The translations under genes and the position numbers were made by a program. A stretch of DNA of 64,000 nt, from NCBI GenBank assembly GCA_001643675.2, contig LSRY02000022.1, forward strand, positions 1,116,001 through 1,180,000, read 5' to 3'. The DNA comes from Monocercomonoides exilis PA203 (Eukaryota > Protista > Preaxostyla). Positions within the stretch are counted from its first letter, which is position 1; each line of letters opens with the position of its first letter. Below, in pieces: positions 26,500 through 39,525 of the stretch. The notes under the pieces were generated by a model that was not told the origin of the DNA, ran no database searches, and saw nothing but the letters and a program-made list of their open reading frames with translations.

Positions 26500-27480
26500 A
26501 TTCAGCGTGATGGAGAAGAATTGCGGAAACGTACTTTGGAGCAAAAAGCTTTCTCAACCGATTTTGCATAGGAGTTTAGCAAGGGAATAGCGGAGACAAC
26601 GTGGAAAGGATTCCTCTTCGGCTTTGCACATTTTGGAAAGCAATGGGATGAATGTTGCCACAAAGAAATGCTAGGCAAAATTTTCGATTGGGCATCGAAT
26701 TTGGCCTTCGTATTTTTATCCCTTTGAAATGGAGAAATGTCGCTCACGTGCCTGCAAATAACAAGAGCTGTAGTTTCTTTTTATTCCAGTCTTGTTTTCA
26801 ACACGTGCTTAGGTGATATCCCACTCATTAAGATGCTATTCAGAGCGTTCAGAAGAACAAGCAGGTCAAAGAAAAAAGAAAACAGAGAAATTTGGAACCC
26901 ACAGACGTTGTTGAAATATTTCGCAGATCAGGGACCGAATGAGTCACTGAGCTTTAAGCAACTGACAATAAATGTGATTGTGTTAACAATGTTATTTTCA
27001 GCCTGCAGATTTACATAGCTTGAGAGAATAGACATGAGAAATTCAAGGTTTAAAGAAGAAGGAATATATCTTGACACGAGAATGAGAACTTCGGAGACAC
27101 GCACGGAGATTGCTGTTCCATTTTAATCAGAGTTGTCATTGATTTATCCAGCTTTCGCAACTTAGACCTGGTGGGAGAGAGTTCAATAAGCCAACACAAG
27201 CACAAACTGTTTTCTCTTTCTATTCAAACACATTTACCCAGTTGACACCTGGAGGGATTCGCAAACTTGCCAAGGAAGCACTGACAAACGCCGGGATACC
27301 AGACACATTTACTCCAAACTCAATCAAGGCAGCTTCGATTTCGGCTTTGACATTGGCAGGTATTCCTCCAGTGCAGATTGCAAAGTTTGCTCGTCTTTCG
27401 CCACAAACAAACATATTGGTTAAACATTACTTCAGGGAGTATTTTGCCTCATCAATGGGCAGGGTGATTGCTTCATCACC
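26500..27480 (+). pseudogene. DIRS tyrosine recombinase
   Basis: EIWNPQTLLKYF, LTMLFSACRFT*L (catalytic Arg box), FTPNSIKAASIS (degenerate HxxR box), IAKFARLS...ILVKHY (catalytic Tyr). Interrupted by stops. Confidence 0.75.
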
Positions 27481-28499
27481 AGAAAGATCGATAAAGTGGG
27501 CACAGCACGCTGAAAAAGACGAACAGAAAGGAAGGAAAGAAAGCCAGAACAATGATGACAAGAAGGTTGCAATTGTGAAGAAGCAGTACAATATGAGGAA
27601 AAGAAACGAAAGAATCCAAGCATCCGACGACTCCCAAGCAATAATGCCTTCGATGATTGAAGAACCAAAGGAAGATGAAAAAGAGGATACTGAATATGAC
27701 AAAATGTTTATTATCAGAACAAGAGCTCAATCAAAGAAGGAAGAAATTTTGAAGGAATGGAAAGTGTCAAAAGCTGTGGTCATTATGGTATCAGAAATTC
27801 CAAACGAACATTTGATCTCAAATGAAAGAGAAGGAATTGAATATCGTTTTTCATTTCTAATCTTTTTTCCTATTTCTAAACGAATTTAATTGTTTTGTAT
27901 ATCGGAAATGTGTTTTTTTATATACAAAATATCACTCAACTATATGTTATTTTTGTTTTATGCGTTTTGATCAAAATTTATTGTGTTATTTTTGTGCATA
28001 AGTTCTTTTAAAAGAAGGAATATTTAAGTATATTTATTTGCACTTTGATTTTAATAATTGGGGACTGTTTATTTTTAAATCACAAACAAATGTGAAATCT
28101 CTAATTGAAAAATAAATTTTTGATAAAAGGGAAATTAAATTGCTTCTTTTTCGAACCCTAAAAATTATTATGGATGATTGTTTCACATCATTTATTATAA
28201 AATACAACTTTTTTCATTTAAATTTGATGGAAATATATCACAATAAATATTTTTTCTGTTGATTTTTTTGAACACAAAAATTAAATTAATAAAAATTTTT
28301 TCCAGAACCATTAACTTCCGACATGAGACAATTGCATAGCATTAATGATCAATGCATTATTGAAATATAGACAAAATCTCGTTAAGATCTGAGGATGATG
28401 ATATCTTCGGATTATTCCAGATTAAAGAGTTCATTTTGTTGTTGTTGAATGAAACCAGAATTGAATCAGTTATCAGTTATGTTTCTGAAGGAAAGTCCA

Positions 28500-28612
28500 G
28501 AGAGAAAGAAAGAAAGAAAGAGAAAGAAAGAGAGAAAGAGAGAAAGAGAAAGAAAGAGAAAGAGAGTGAGTGAGTGAGTGAGTGAGTGAGAGTGAGAGAG
28601 AAAGAGAAAGAG
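28500..28612. repeat. Compound purine-rich microsatellite (GAAA/GA/GAGT)n
   Basis: Directly visible. Confidence 0.85.
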
Positions 28613-29317
28613 CAAAGTTGGAATGAGAGTGAAAGAGAAGTAAGGAAGATAATTCGATTGCTATGAAAGAAAAACTTGGCAAGAAAAAAACAGGATGGCT
28701 TTTTAGAAATATAATAAAAGAAAGATGAAGAGAAAAAGGGAAGAAGAACAAGAATGCTTCGAAGCCTTCTTCAAAAAAAGAAGAGGAAAATGATCGAATT
28801 TATTTCAGACTACAAACACTTAAAAAGATCAACGGAATGGGAGAATTTTCATGGACAAAAATAAAAAAAAGTTGATAAGAAGAAAAAGAATTAGAAAAAT
28901 AAAGCCAAAGTGGAGAAAATCAAACGAAGAGGGACATTTTTTCCTTGCCACAAATTCTTCTGATATGGTTCTTGGATATTAACATATGAGATTTTGAGGA
29001 TATTAGAAGAAGAAGCAAAGATAATGGAAAGGGAGAGAAAGGAAAACGAGAAAGAAGTTATATTTAATAAGATGATTTGTGCAAAGAGCGACAGAATTTT
29101 GACAGAGAAAAGAGAGATGGAGAGAAAAGAATAAACTGTCAAAGAGGAAGAAAGAAGGAAAAAGATGAATGGAAATGGGGAAAAGGAAGAAAAAAAGGAA
29201 AATTGAATTGAAAAAGATAAAGAGAAAAATAATCAAAACGTATTTTCATATTTCTTTTAACCTAGAAACAGCACCAAGCAAGGGAAAATACATTTCTTTT
29301 TCTTTTTTGTTTCGTAG

Positions 29318-30428
29318 CCGTCGTAGTCGTCTGGTTGCTGTGGTGCTGCTTTGTCGTCTTCTTCATTTGGGCCAGCTGTTGGTGGCTGTGTGTCGCTCAC
29401 TTCGTTCACCTCTTTGGCGTCTGTTGTGACTGCGTCGTCTTCCACTGTCACATGCTCTGCATCCGAGTCATCCCAATCATCCTCTTCGTCATCATCATGT
29501 CCATCATCATTATCTGCAACAACCTCTGCCTCCACATCTCACTCAAACAACATCACGCCCTCTTCTCACAACTCGACAGGCATCAACAAGTCGTCTGTTC
29601 TGCCTGCGTCTTCGTCGCGCATAGTGAGTCCGTCTTCGGTATCAACGACTTCGTTTGACACAAACTTTGTTCCATTTACAAGACAATCGTCGACGCTGTC
29701 ACAGCAGCTTGTCTCACAGTCCTTTTACCCTTCTTCTTCTTCTTGTACTACTTCTTCCTCTTCCACTTTTCCATCTCCTGCTCATTCAATAAACACTCCC
29801 AACACACCAAATACCCCAAGCTCCTCCTTATCCATTGCATCCTCAGCCACTCGCCAAGAACAGTTAGCATCATCGGCAACAGCATCCATTCGTATTTCAC
29901 CTTCTTCCAACGCCTATTCTGGCCTGGATCTTCGCAGACAGTTTTCAGATTGTGAAGACGGTTGGGGGAAGCAGCTTTAATGGAGAGGGTGAGAAGATGG
30001 TGCACCACAAAGGAAGGAAAGAAAAAGAAGAAGAAGAAGAAGAAGAGACTGAAAAAGAGGGTGATGATGATGGAGATGAAGTCAAAGGGAAGAAGAAGGG
30101 CAGTCCGACATCAGCATCGGAGACAGCCAGGCCGAACGAAGAAAGACAAAAACTGCATTCGTCAGGGATGGGTGGTGACTTTGGGGGATGGAATTGGCAG
30201 AAGGAAAGCGAGAAGCGAAGAAGAAGGAAGAGGAAAGGAGAAGAAGGGCAGGCAGACATCAAGCGGATGATGAAGGACATTATGGGGGAGCTGCACAACG
30301 CGAACGAAGAGGTGATGTTTTCGTCGCCATCGAACAAATGGCTGATGTCACGGCGGCTATTGATGCGGCAGGCAACGAAAGAACTGCAAAAGAAGGAGAA
30401 GGAAAATGGATTTGAAGAAAATGGATAG
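29318..30428 (+). pseudogene. Orphan 3' gene fragment encoding Ser-rich then charged low-complexity protein, frameshifted
   Basis: GC-rich island after a TTCGTAG acceptor-like site. ORF 29351-29980 (Ser/Thr-rich) overlaps ORF 29952-30428 (Glu/Lys-rich) in another frame. No upstream exons were found. Confidence 0.4.
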
Positions 30429-31005
30429 AAAAGAAAGCTTCATTCTTTCAATTTTTAAAGAAATATTCAATAAAGTGTTTTGGAAATGGAACGAAGAATA
30501 ATTGAAATGAAGAAGAGGGAATTATAACTGCAAGAAAAGTGAATAAGAAAGATTCAACAAATAGATTTTTTTTTTGCGAACAAAAAGCAATTGAAATAGC
30601 GATGAACACATTTGTTGCTGATTGGAAGTGTGTGCAGACATGATAAAGAAGGAGAATGAGAGAAAGAGAATAAGAGAGAATATTTAACATGATTGACTTT
30701 TTCGATCTACAGTTTTTGAATAACATTATCAAGCATTTTCTTGTCCTTCATATTTGATGTTTTATTCGACATTGAAACAACTGAAATCAATATTCTCCAG
30801 CAATCACTTGTTTTTTGATGCTTTTGAATTTTTCCAATAATTGCCATTTTATTCTTCTTCTTGAATGAAACCATATTTTTTTTATGAAAAAGGAAATAAA
30901 ATTATTGATTGAAATTCTTTTAACGATTGTTTTCATTCTCTTTTGTGAATGAATAAAAAAGGAACACATTTACTCAAAGCTGCAAATTCATGAAGTTTCA
31001 TTTCA

Positions 31006-32455
31006 TCAAGCATTCACAAGGAAATCATAAAATTTTTCTGACAAAAAATAATCATATTTTATGTTCATAAAATCAAAAACTTCATGAAAACTGACAATGC
31101 TATCTTCAAATCCTTCTTCTTCCATCCATTCAAACACTTTCCTTTTGGTTCCCTTTCTTTTCGCTGCTTCCATTTCTTCTTTCTCCTTCACTTTCAATCG
31201 CATAATAATATTCATTAAGAACCATAAACTCGTCAAAATGAAACCATCTTTTAAAGTAGTTTGCTTCATTTCCACCATAAAAAGATCAATTGCACCTTCC
31301 TTCAGCAAATCATCGATTTTCACATCTGTTTTTTTCGATAAAACAAATTCTAAATCTCTGCATTGATAACAAATTCCACTGTTATAACCCTTGAATGCTC
31401 GAAACACACCTGTGATGCTGCCAATAAGTCCAACATATTCGTCATTCCACAATTTGCAAAATATAAAGGAATTATGAATAGAAAAGAGCCATCTCCTGAT
31501 TATAAGTATTTCTTTTTCCTCTTTTTCTTCTCCTTTTTCTATGTCTTTCCTCTTCCAGTTCACATTTCGAACCAACTCTTCAAGCTCTCTTGCTGCTTCT
31601 CTCGCAAAATGTAACTCATTCGCAATCACTTCTTCCAAGCTTTTGTCTTTGCTTAATCTGTCTATCAAAAACTGCCAAGCAGACTGATATGCAAGCCGAG
31701 TGAGGTCGTGACGTTCCTGATAATGTTGGATAACCTCTTTGATTTCATTGAGGTAAAGTTCTTTATCAATGCACTAATCAAAAAATATTTGAAAAAACTT
31801 CAATAATTTCTAAAAGGAAATAGAAATATTAATACACGATATCTAACATTGCTCAAAGAAAAAAGAGCTATGTCCCTTTCTTTTTTCGTTTCTTTGCTTT
31901 CCTCTTTATTCAAGGCCACTTTCAGAAGGCAGGGAATACAAACTGAAAACAATTCCGAATCAAACCTGCCATTCAGCAAAAGGTAGCATTCACAGATATC
32001 AATCAGAAACTTTTCGTTCTTTTCTTCTTTTTTCTTCTCATTTTCATCTATTATCATCTCTTCAAATCTTTTGTTCAATGGAGAGTCTTCAAAGCATTCG
32101 ATCCGTGCATATTTCAACACTTTCCAATATCCAGCACGCTTCAGCATCATAATTGGATCTTTGAAAGACATTTCCTTTTCTTCAATCATTTTGTCTATTT
32201 CATCAAAAATTTCTGTTGTTAAAATTGTGTTAAGATCATCTTCGCCAATTTCTTCCATCACTTCGTCCATTTCCTCAACTTTCGGTTCTTTCTCAACATT
32301 ATCGCAATCTTCTTGTTCAGGTGTCAGTCCTTCAAATTTTATTCAGCACAAGTATTTTGAAGTAAATAGGAACAATCAAATCTTTTCAAACGAGATAACT
32401 TTTCATTAGAAGGCATCTCTTTGTTTCCACGAGCAAGCTCATCACCGCAAGACAT
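31006..32455 (-). CDS. Third, apparently intact member of the expanded alpha-helical family (3 exons)
   Basis: MSCGDELARGNKEMPSNEK / ...EKFLIDICECYLLL...CIPCLLKVALNKEESKET / ...LTRLAYQSAWQFL...ELHFAREAARELEEL...KVFEWMEEEGFED. Intron layout matches the two pseudogenised copies. Confidence 0.75.
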
Positions 32456-33841
32456 TATCATTTGATTTTTGGTTGAAATTTCTTTGTTTGTCCAAAATTG
32501 TTTTTAGCAACAAAATTAAAGATAAATTCAAACACAGATGATTGTAGCGCACAAAGAAAAAAGATCACAATTCAAATAATTTCGTTTTCAATGAAGAAAA
32601 AGTGGAACAAAAGAAAACAAAATAAAACTTCAAGGATTGCATGAATAAGGAAAAAAACGAAAAATATTTTTTAATTTATCCAACAGATAATTAGTCATTG
32701 GAAGTTTTTTTCAAAAAAAAAAAAAAATAAAATAAAATAATTCTTTTCAATTTTGAATAATAATTTTTACTGTTTAAAATTGGATTATTCTCTCAAGCGA
32801 AAAAGATAAAAACAAGAGAGAAAGGTAGAAAACTGACAAAATTCTTGAATGGAGCTAATTTCTATTTTTTGTGAAAAAAACAAAACTGAAAGCAAGAACA
32901 TGTGATTTATAACTGTTCGACATGTTTTGATAATTATTGTATTTTTTGTTCTTTTCAAAAAAATGTCTTGTTCGATTGCGAACAATGAAAAGAAATGAAA
33001 ATCTTAATAATTATTTAAAGCTGATGGAGTAAATGAAATCAATTTGAACATGAAAACATGCTTGTTGAGTGGTTGAAAATAAAGGTTAAAGCTTCGATTG
33101 CAAAATATTGTTGTGTATTTTTTTGTTGTTGATGACTGTTTGGAGAAAAACAACGATAGAAGCTCCAATAGCAAAGAAGATGATCTCTAAGTTTGTTAGA
33201 AATAACATCTTTAGAAATCTATTTATATCATTTGGTGATGTCAATAGGTTTGAAAGGACAAAGTCATTTTGATTTTTGTTGGAATGAGATTGGAAGAGGA
33301 ATGTTGAAAAGACAACTTCACTGCAAAAAGCACTCAAGAAACGCACCAACAAAGCTATTTCTCAGAATATGAAATGGAGAAAGAGGTTTTGGAAAAAGTG
33401 ATTTTTCTCGAACCTTATTTCAGTTGCATCAGAATGAGGAGGGAGACAACTGTTTTGGAAGTTATTTTTTTGAAAATTTTTGTATGGAAATTAAAGATAG
33501 ACACTTCAGAAGACTTTTAGTTTATCTTCAATGCCTTTGATAGAAAATGAAAAAAATGAAAATAAAAATAAAGTTATTCGAATCTCTCATCAATCATTCA
33601 AATTTCTGCGGCGAATGCATATTTAATGGATTTCTCTCTCTCTCTCTTTCTCTTTTATTTTATATTTTTAAGCAATGGTTTTTAAATTTGTGTGGAATTT
33701 CTTATCTTTTCGAATTCTTATCGAGTGAAAATTGTATTCTGTTTTTTTAATATAAAATGTGAAATTATTTCGATCAATGGAAAAAATTGGATTAATTATT
33801 TCCCTCCCATGATAAGTTATTCATTTGTTCAAATATTTAAA

Positions 33842-35287
33842 ATGCCATGTTCATGCAAAGGAGGCTGTAATTCGGGTAGATGCAAATGTTTTAAAAATTC
33901 TTTGAAATGCTCTGTGGATTGCCGTTGTGAAAATTGCTCCAATATGGGCTCAAACATTTCGATTGCTGAAATTTCTGGGTTTTCTGGAATTGAGTCGTCA
34001 GATAATCCTAAAGGAAACGACAATGCAAAGGAAAAATTAGATGAGGCAACAGATTTTCCACAAGTGTTTTTTCGCAAGCGACATACACGGAAGCTGCTGC
34101 CGAAAAAGTCAATTATCACTGAAATGTCGGTTACAGAACCAATAGAAATCGACAAAGAAGAAATGGAAGCTTCTTTTGATGCAGTTTATGCCCTTCAATC
34201 TTCGTCATTTTATTCTGAGCCAATAATTGGTGAAAAAGATGATTTAGTTTTCCAAAATCCAATTGCAGAAGCTGAAAATTCGGAAAGCATAAAAGAGTCA
34301 TCGTCACTTATTGGAATTGAACAAATGCAACAGACAGAACAAAGAAAGGAGCTATCAGATATTCGTTATGTTGCAGAAAAACAATCAGAAAGCGATCTGT
34401 TCGAGAAAGAATTCACACAAAAAAATTCAGACAAATCTGAAAGTGAATCTGGTTGCGTTCACAAACTCACACAAAAGATTAACGAACTGGCAAAAAAGTT
34501 GGAATTTCAAAAAGAATGTGTGATGTGATTAATTTGCGATTCAGATGAATTTCGAGTTGAAAAATTAATATTTTCTATTGTTGATTAGTTTGTGCAAGAA
34601 TAGCTCAATTAAGAGTTGCTCAGCTGTCGGTTGTTATGGCGATAAAGGAAAAATTCCAAGAAACATTGAGCGGTTTATCTCGAAAGGAAAGAAAAATGAA
34701 GGTTTGCGTTTTTATTGTATAATTAATTCTATTGTTTGTGTTATTGCTAAAATGTGAACCAGGTAAGAGAGTATCATCTCTTGAAGAAACAGATTGAACT
34801 TTCTTCAACTGCATTGGTCATGCCATCGGAACATGGACCTAAATGCGTTGCCTCTCTTCCTCCGCTTCCGCCTTCTCTTGATAGTAAAAACATGGAAATA
34901 GACGCTCATTTTCACTTGTTGAGCGCAAATGTTAAAGGCAGAGCTAGAGAATCCAAAAGAAGAGCAACAAGATTGTCAGCTATTCCAAGGAGAATGACGA
35001 GAAGCGCAGCAAAAGGAATGGACTTGCAAAACGATGGGAGCGAAGATGGCAGTGATTTGGAAGTTGTTGAGGCTGTTTTTGGAGGTCATGACAGTGATGA
35101 TGACGACGAAAGAAAAAGAAGGAAGAGCATTCTAAAAATGAAAGAAAATCATGAAAAGGAAAAAGAAGAAGATGCTTTGGATAATGTTGAAAGCTTCAGT
35201 GAAGTGAATAAGAAAAGAAAAACGCGTGCAACATTTGTTGGACAAAAGAGACGATCAACAATAAAAAGGAGATCTACACGAAAATGA
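33842..35287 (+). CDS. CXC (tesmin/TSO1-like, 9-Cys) domain protein with coiled coil and basic C-terminus; 3 exons
   Basis: N-terminal MPCSCKGGCNSGRCKCFKNSLKCSVDCRCENCSN. Two short introns lie between ~34520 and ~34762, and the last exon ends KRRSTIKRRSTRK. Confidence 0.75.
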
Positions 35288-35677
35288 AGGTTATATTTGT
35301 AGTTGAAAATATGTACAAATGACAAAAACTACAGATTTTTTCCCCTCTGAAATAAACTAGTGAATTCGATTTTTGAATAAATGTTGAATCAGTCGCAGTT
35401 ATTTGATGAGTGGATGATTCCTTGTGAAGATGTGACTCATCAGCAAAGAAATGCACTTTGATCCAATTGAATACCTTGATTTAAGAAATATGAAAGATTA
35501 AAGTCGTTCAGATTAGACTCAATAATGTTCTTTTTTCAGCGTTTGCAATAATTTATATTAACTATTTTTTTGCGAAAGAAGGGTTACCTTCATTTTAACT
35601 ATTTTGAATTTATAATCTTGAAAATTGTTATATCATCTTTTCTTAAAGTATTTTTTGTGTGATCTCTCCCCGAATAA

Positions 35678-38480
35678 ATGGCTGAGCAATCCAAAAAAGA
35701 AATAGAAATTGCTTTTCAAGAGCTACAACAAAAAATTTCTGGGTTAAAGAATCTTATCAAACTTAATGAAATTCTTCCATCAAGTAATCAGCTTGCTACA
35801 AATGACAGACGCTTAACCAAAGAAAAAGACAGAAAACAAACATGCTTTTCAAAATTGCCAAAAATAAATTCTTTACATCATCAAGTATTTGGAGAAAATG
35901 AAAATGAAACAAATGTTGATGTGTCTTCGTTTTTTTTGAAGCGATCAGAAATTTTTAAGGTTCATATTTTTCAATTAAAAAACTCAATTTATTTTTGTTT
36001 AAAATGATTGCTTTTGTTGAGGCATTGAGAACTTCAAATATTACTCTACTTTGCGTTGTAGATTCTATTTCAGAGCGTGGGGTTTTGGTGGATGTTATTC
36101 AGGTCTATATTTTTTAACATTGCTTTTCAAAAATTTAAACATTTTTACACAGGAAGTAAATCGTTCGATCAAAAACACAGAAAACTCGTTAGCAAACATA
36201 GCAAAATATCAGATAAAAGTGTGACTTATTTCTTTACAAAAAATATTTTTTATTTTCTTTCGACATGTCTTTCAGGGTTTTATTGAATCAAAGAATACTG
36301 ATGAAACAAACGTTCGGAAATTATTATTGAAAGTTAAAGTCGGATCATTTGTTATTGCTTCAACAATTGTGCACAATGAATTCGAACTTTCGCAAGTGAT
36401 CGTTCCATTACGCCTTGATGATGATTTCTTAATGGAAAAAAGAGAGGATTTTAAGCCTTCGTATGAAGGGTGCGGAATGATTTCTGATCACACTGCATTT
36501 TCACTCATCTCAAAGTGCATTGCCGAGGGAACAGAAGAAGGATCGGAAAATTCACAGCTCGAGACTCCGCGTTCTTTGTCAGTCAACTTCACATCCCAGT
36601 GGCCATTTCTGGAGCCAGTATCGCTTGAAGACGGAGAAAAGCCTGTTTCTTCTTCAAGCACTTCTGAATTCTCTTCGTTGATTGCTGAATCCTCCTTGGC
36701 CCCGCAGGACCTGACGTACTCTCATCCTCCTCCTTTCATGCCTTCCACAACTTCTTCTGCATCGACTTCAAATTCAGCTGTTCAAATTGATTCTGTTGAC
36801 ACTCAATCAGAACTAACTGTCTCTTTTCATTCTCTTTCCGATGCAGACGTTGATACGAATGCTCCTCTGCTCTCTGCAATGCTGGCAGATTTCGCATTCT
36901 ACGCTCCAAATGCCGTGCAGACCATGCAACGGCAGCTGATTCCTCCGAACTTTGTCTCATTTGCACCTCATTCTTTTTCAAAACCTTCTCCTTCTTCTTC
37001 TTCTTCTTCGAAGTCTTCTTCCGCTTCTTCCTCTTCAGCCACTTCCTCTTATGTATTTTCTCTGTTCCCACCTCCTCCAGTCGAAGAAGGCGGAAGCTAT
37101 CTTTCTCTTCGCCGGCGGCAGGGCGAGCTGTTTGCAGCCAAACGAGCTGCTGAGGCTGCCATTGCTGCAGGCTGTGTCATCAAAGGCGTGTTTCCAGTTG
37201 TTTCAGGCGATTCTCAAGTGCGTTGGAGCAGCCGATTAATCAGCGAGGAAGGAGAGAAATGGCTGCATGTGAAGCTGGGTGCAGCGGACGAGGCAAGATG
37301 CTACGAGTTGTGTGAAGAGGCAATCGGGTATGACCCAAAATGTGCCGTTGCATTGATTGTGAGGGCTGCTCTGAACTTGCGAGTGGGCAGAGTGGAGATG
37401 GCAGCGGTGGATGCGCAGAAGGCGGTGGAGTGTGCCAGATTGAAGAGAGAGAGAAAGGAGAAAAGGAAAGAAAGCAGAGAGCGAATGGAAAGAGAAGGGG
37501 GGATGAAGGACAGTCGGAGAAGTGAGGGAAAAAGCAAAGCTCAAAGAGAAGAAGAAGCTGACAGTGCAATAAATGCAGTTGCAGAGTGGTTTCTGACGCG
37601 GGTGAGTGAAGTGAAGCAGGAAAGAGTGCGGCAGCAGAAGGAGAAAGAGGAGAAAGCGTTGCGGGAGCTGGAGAAAGCGCGGGAGAGAGAGAAAGAAGAG
37701 GGCACCGAACTGATCAAAGGAGCGACGAGGTCGATGAAGTACTCGGTGAAGATGAGCAGACTGGCGGGGCTGTCTGTGCCGTCGCAGAATGAGCTGCTGC
37801 TGAGTGCGCTGGCAGACTCGTCGTCGGCACGCAGCAAGGAGCTGAAGGAGGAGCTGAAGAAGATGTTCGCAGGGACGGTTGGAGATGGGGAGGAGAAGAA
37901 GGAGAAAAAGGAGAAAAAAGAGAAAAAAGAGAAAGAGAAGGAAAGAGAAGGGAAGGGAAAGAACGAGAAGAGAGAAAAGGAGCATGATGAAGACAGGGGA
38001 AAACATAAGCGCACACACTCAAGAAAAGAGGAGAAGAAAGAGAAGAAAGAGAAGAAGCAATCACGCGATTCCAAAGAGCATAAACGGCATCACAGTCAAC
38101 ATGCTCATCATTCACATCATTCGAAGCATCATTCGAAGCATCATTCGTCAGCTCATCCACACTCCACACACCATCATCACTCACGCCACAAGACGTCCAA
38201 CAGACACAATCACACAAAACGGGGAGATTCGTCGAGTTCTCTTCGCTCTCGTTCTTCTTCTTCAGATTATTCAGATGCCGATGCTTCTGATGCTTCTGAT
38301 TCTTCCTCTGCTTCTGTTTCGCCTCCTCCTCGTTCTGAAGGAGAACTCAGTTCCAGCTCTTCTTCTGCTTCTTCTTCTTCTTCTTCTTCTTCTGGTAAGT
38401 CGTCGCTTTCAGATGGTTTGAAGTTCAAGCGGTCGCACTATCCTGAGCCTGATGATGATGATCCTTACAATATTGATTGA
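35678..38480 (+). CDS. TTC14-like protein (S1/OB-like domain + TPR + Lys/His/Ser-rich tail), multi-exon
   Basis: Short exons encode CVVDSISERGVLVDVI...KVKVGSFVIASTI (S1-like). LSLRRRQ...WS..LISEEG...CEEAIGYDPKCAVALIVRAALNLRVGRVEMAAVDAQKAVE is a TPR resembling TTC14. The tail is long and low-complexity. Confidence 0.6.
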
Positions 38481-39525
38481 ATTAATGTGATTAAATTGAG
38501 GAGTAAACGAAAAAGAAATAGATTTATTTTTTTTTTTTTTTTTCGAATTCAGTTTGCTTTTGTTTGTTGCTGTGAGAAGATATTATCTATGTGAAAGTTG
38601 CAATTGCTAACTAATTTCTCTTAGCTTTTTGCTATGTAAAGGACAAGCAGTTGTAAATTAATGTCATTTCTGTTATAAATTTTTCGTTTATTTCATTTCA
38701 TTTTTCATTTTTCAACATTAAAAAAATGAAAATATAATGAAATTTCATTTTGAAAGCCGAGAAGATTCGTTGTGAATGGACAGAACAAGAGTGGATTTGG
38801 TGAAATGCAAAGATGAAAAAAAATATAATTTAATAAAATAAAAATAAAATAAAAATAAGACATGAAAAGCAGGAATAGTTATTTTTGCACCTCAAACTTC
38901 AAATATTAGGCAAGTCAGCACAAGTGCATATGAACAATTGATAATGTTGTAACTGTTTAAAATTTTTTCTGTATAAAAGACAAAAAGATAATTGAGAAAA
39001 ATGAATGATTTCAGAAAAAATCAAATTGATAAATGTGGAAGGAAAGAAGAAAAGATCAAAGAATATGTGAATGCAGAATAGCAACAAGGGAATTTCTTTT
39101 TAAAAAATTATTTATTTAGAAAGAATATTGTCAATCAATTGAAAGAATTTGAATAAACGAGTGATCGAATAAGAATGAGTTAATTCGAATGAGAAATAGA
39201 ATGAGATGCAAAGAAGTGACTTGTGTGTTTATTAAAGAGAAAGGCGAGAAAAGCAATCAAACGATTTATTTCTCGTTCATATAACAAACAATAAATGTTA
39301 AATCTTCTCTTGTTCGTCCATTCACAATCATCTCAACTGCCCCTTTTCCTCTTTCTTCTTATTTCAAAAGATTCTCTTCTCTTTCCTTTTCCAACGTTAA
39401 AAAAATCATTATCATCTTTCATTTTTAACCTCTTCCTCTTCCTCCTCCTTCCCTCCTCAATTCATTTCCCATCCACCCCCTCCCTCCCCCCCCTCCAAAA
39501 AAAAGATTCTTTTTTCCCCCCCTTT

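Larger units (their letters stand above)
23634..27889 (+). mobile_element. Degenerate DIRS1-like tyrosine-recombinase retrotransposon
   Basis: Domain order is Gag-like, RT, RNase H, methyltransferase, tyrosine recombinase. There are many stops and frameshifts, and the termini are not resolved. Confidence 0.9.

Noticed and set aside
1063-27200. In-frame stops as evidence of a reassigned genetic code (TAA/TAG=Gln, as in some oxymonads) or readthrough
   Set aside because: Conserved genes terminate at TAG (Arf, UBL-RING), TAA (IFT121, chagasin) and TGA (NPL4). Internal stops are of all three kinds and co-occur with frameshifts, which indicates decay.
23420-27790. Possible DIRS inverted termini (CCATTAT...TTGACACT vs AGTGTCAA...ATTATGG)
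   Set aside because: The match is short and gapped, so it cannot be distinguished from chance without a family consensus.
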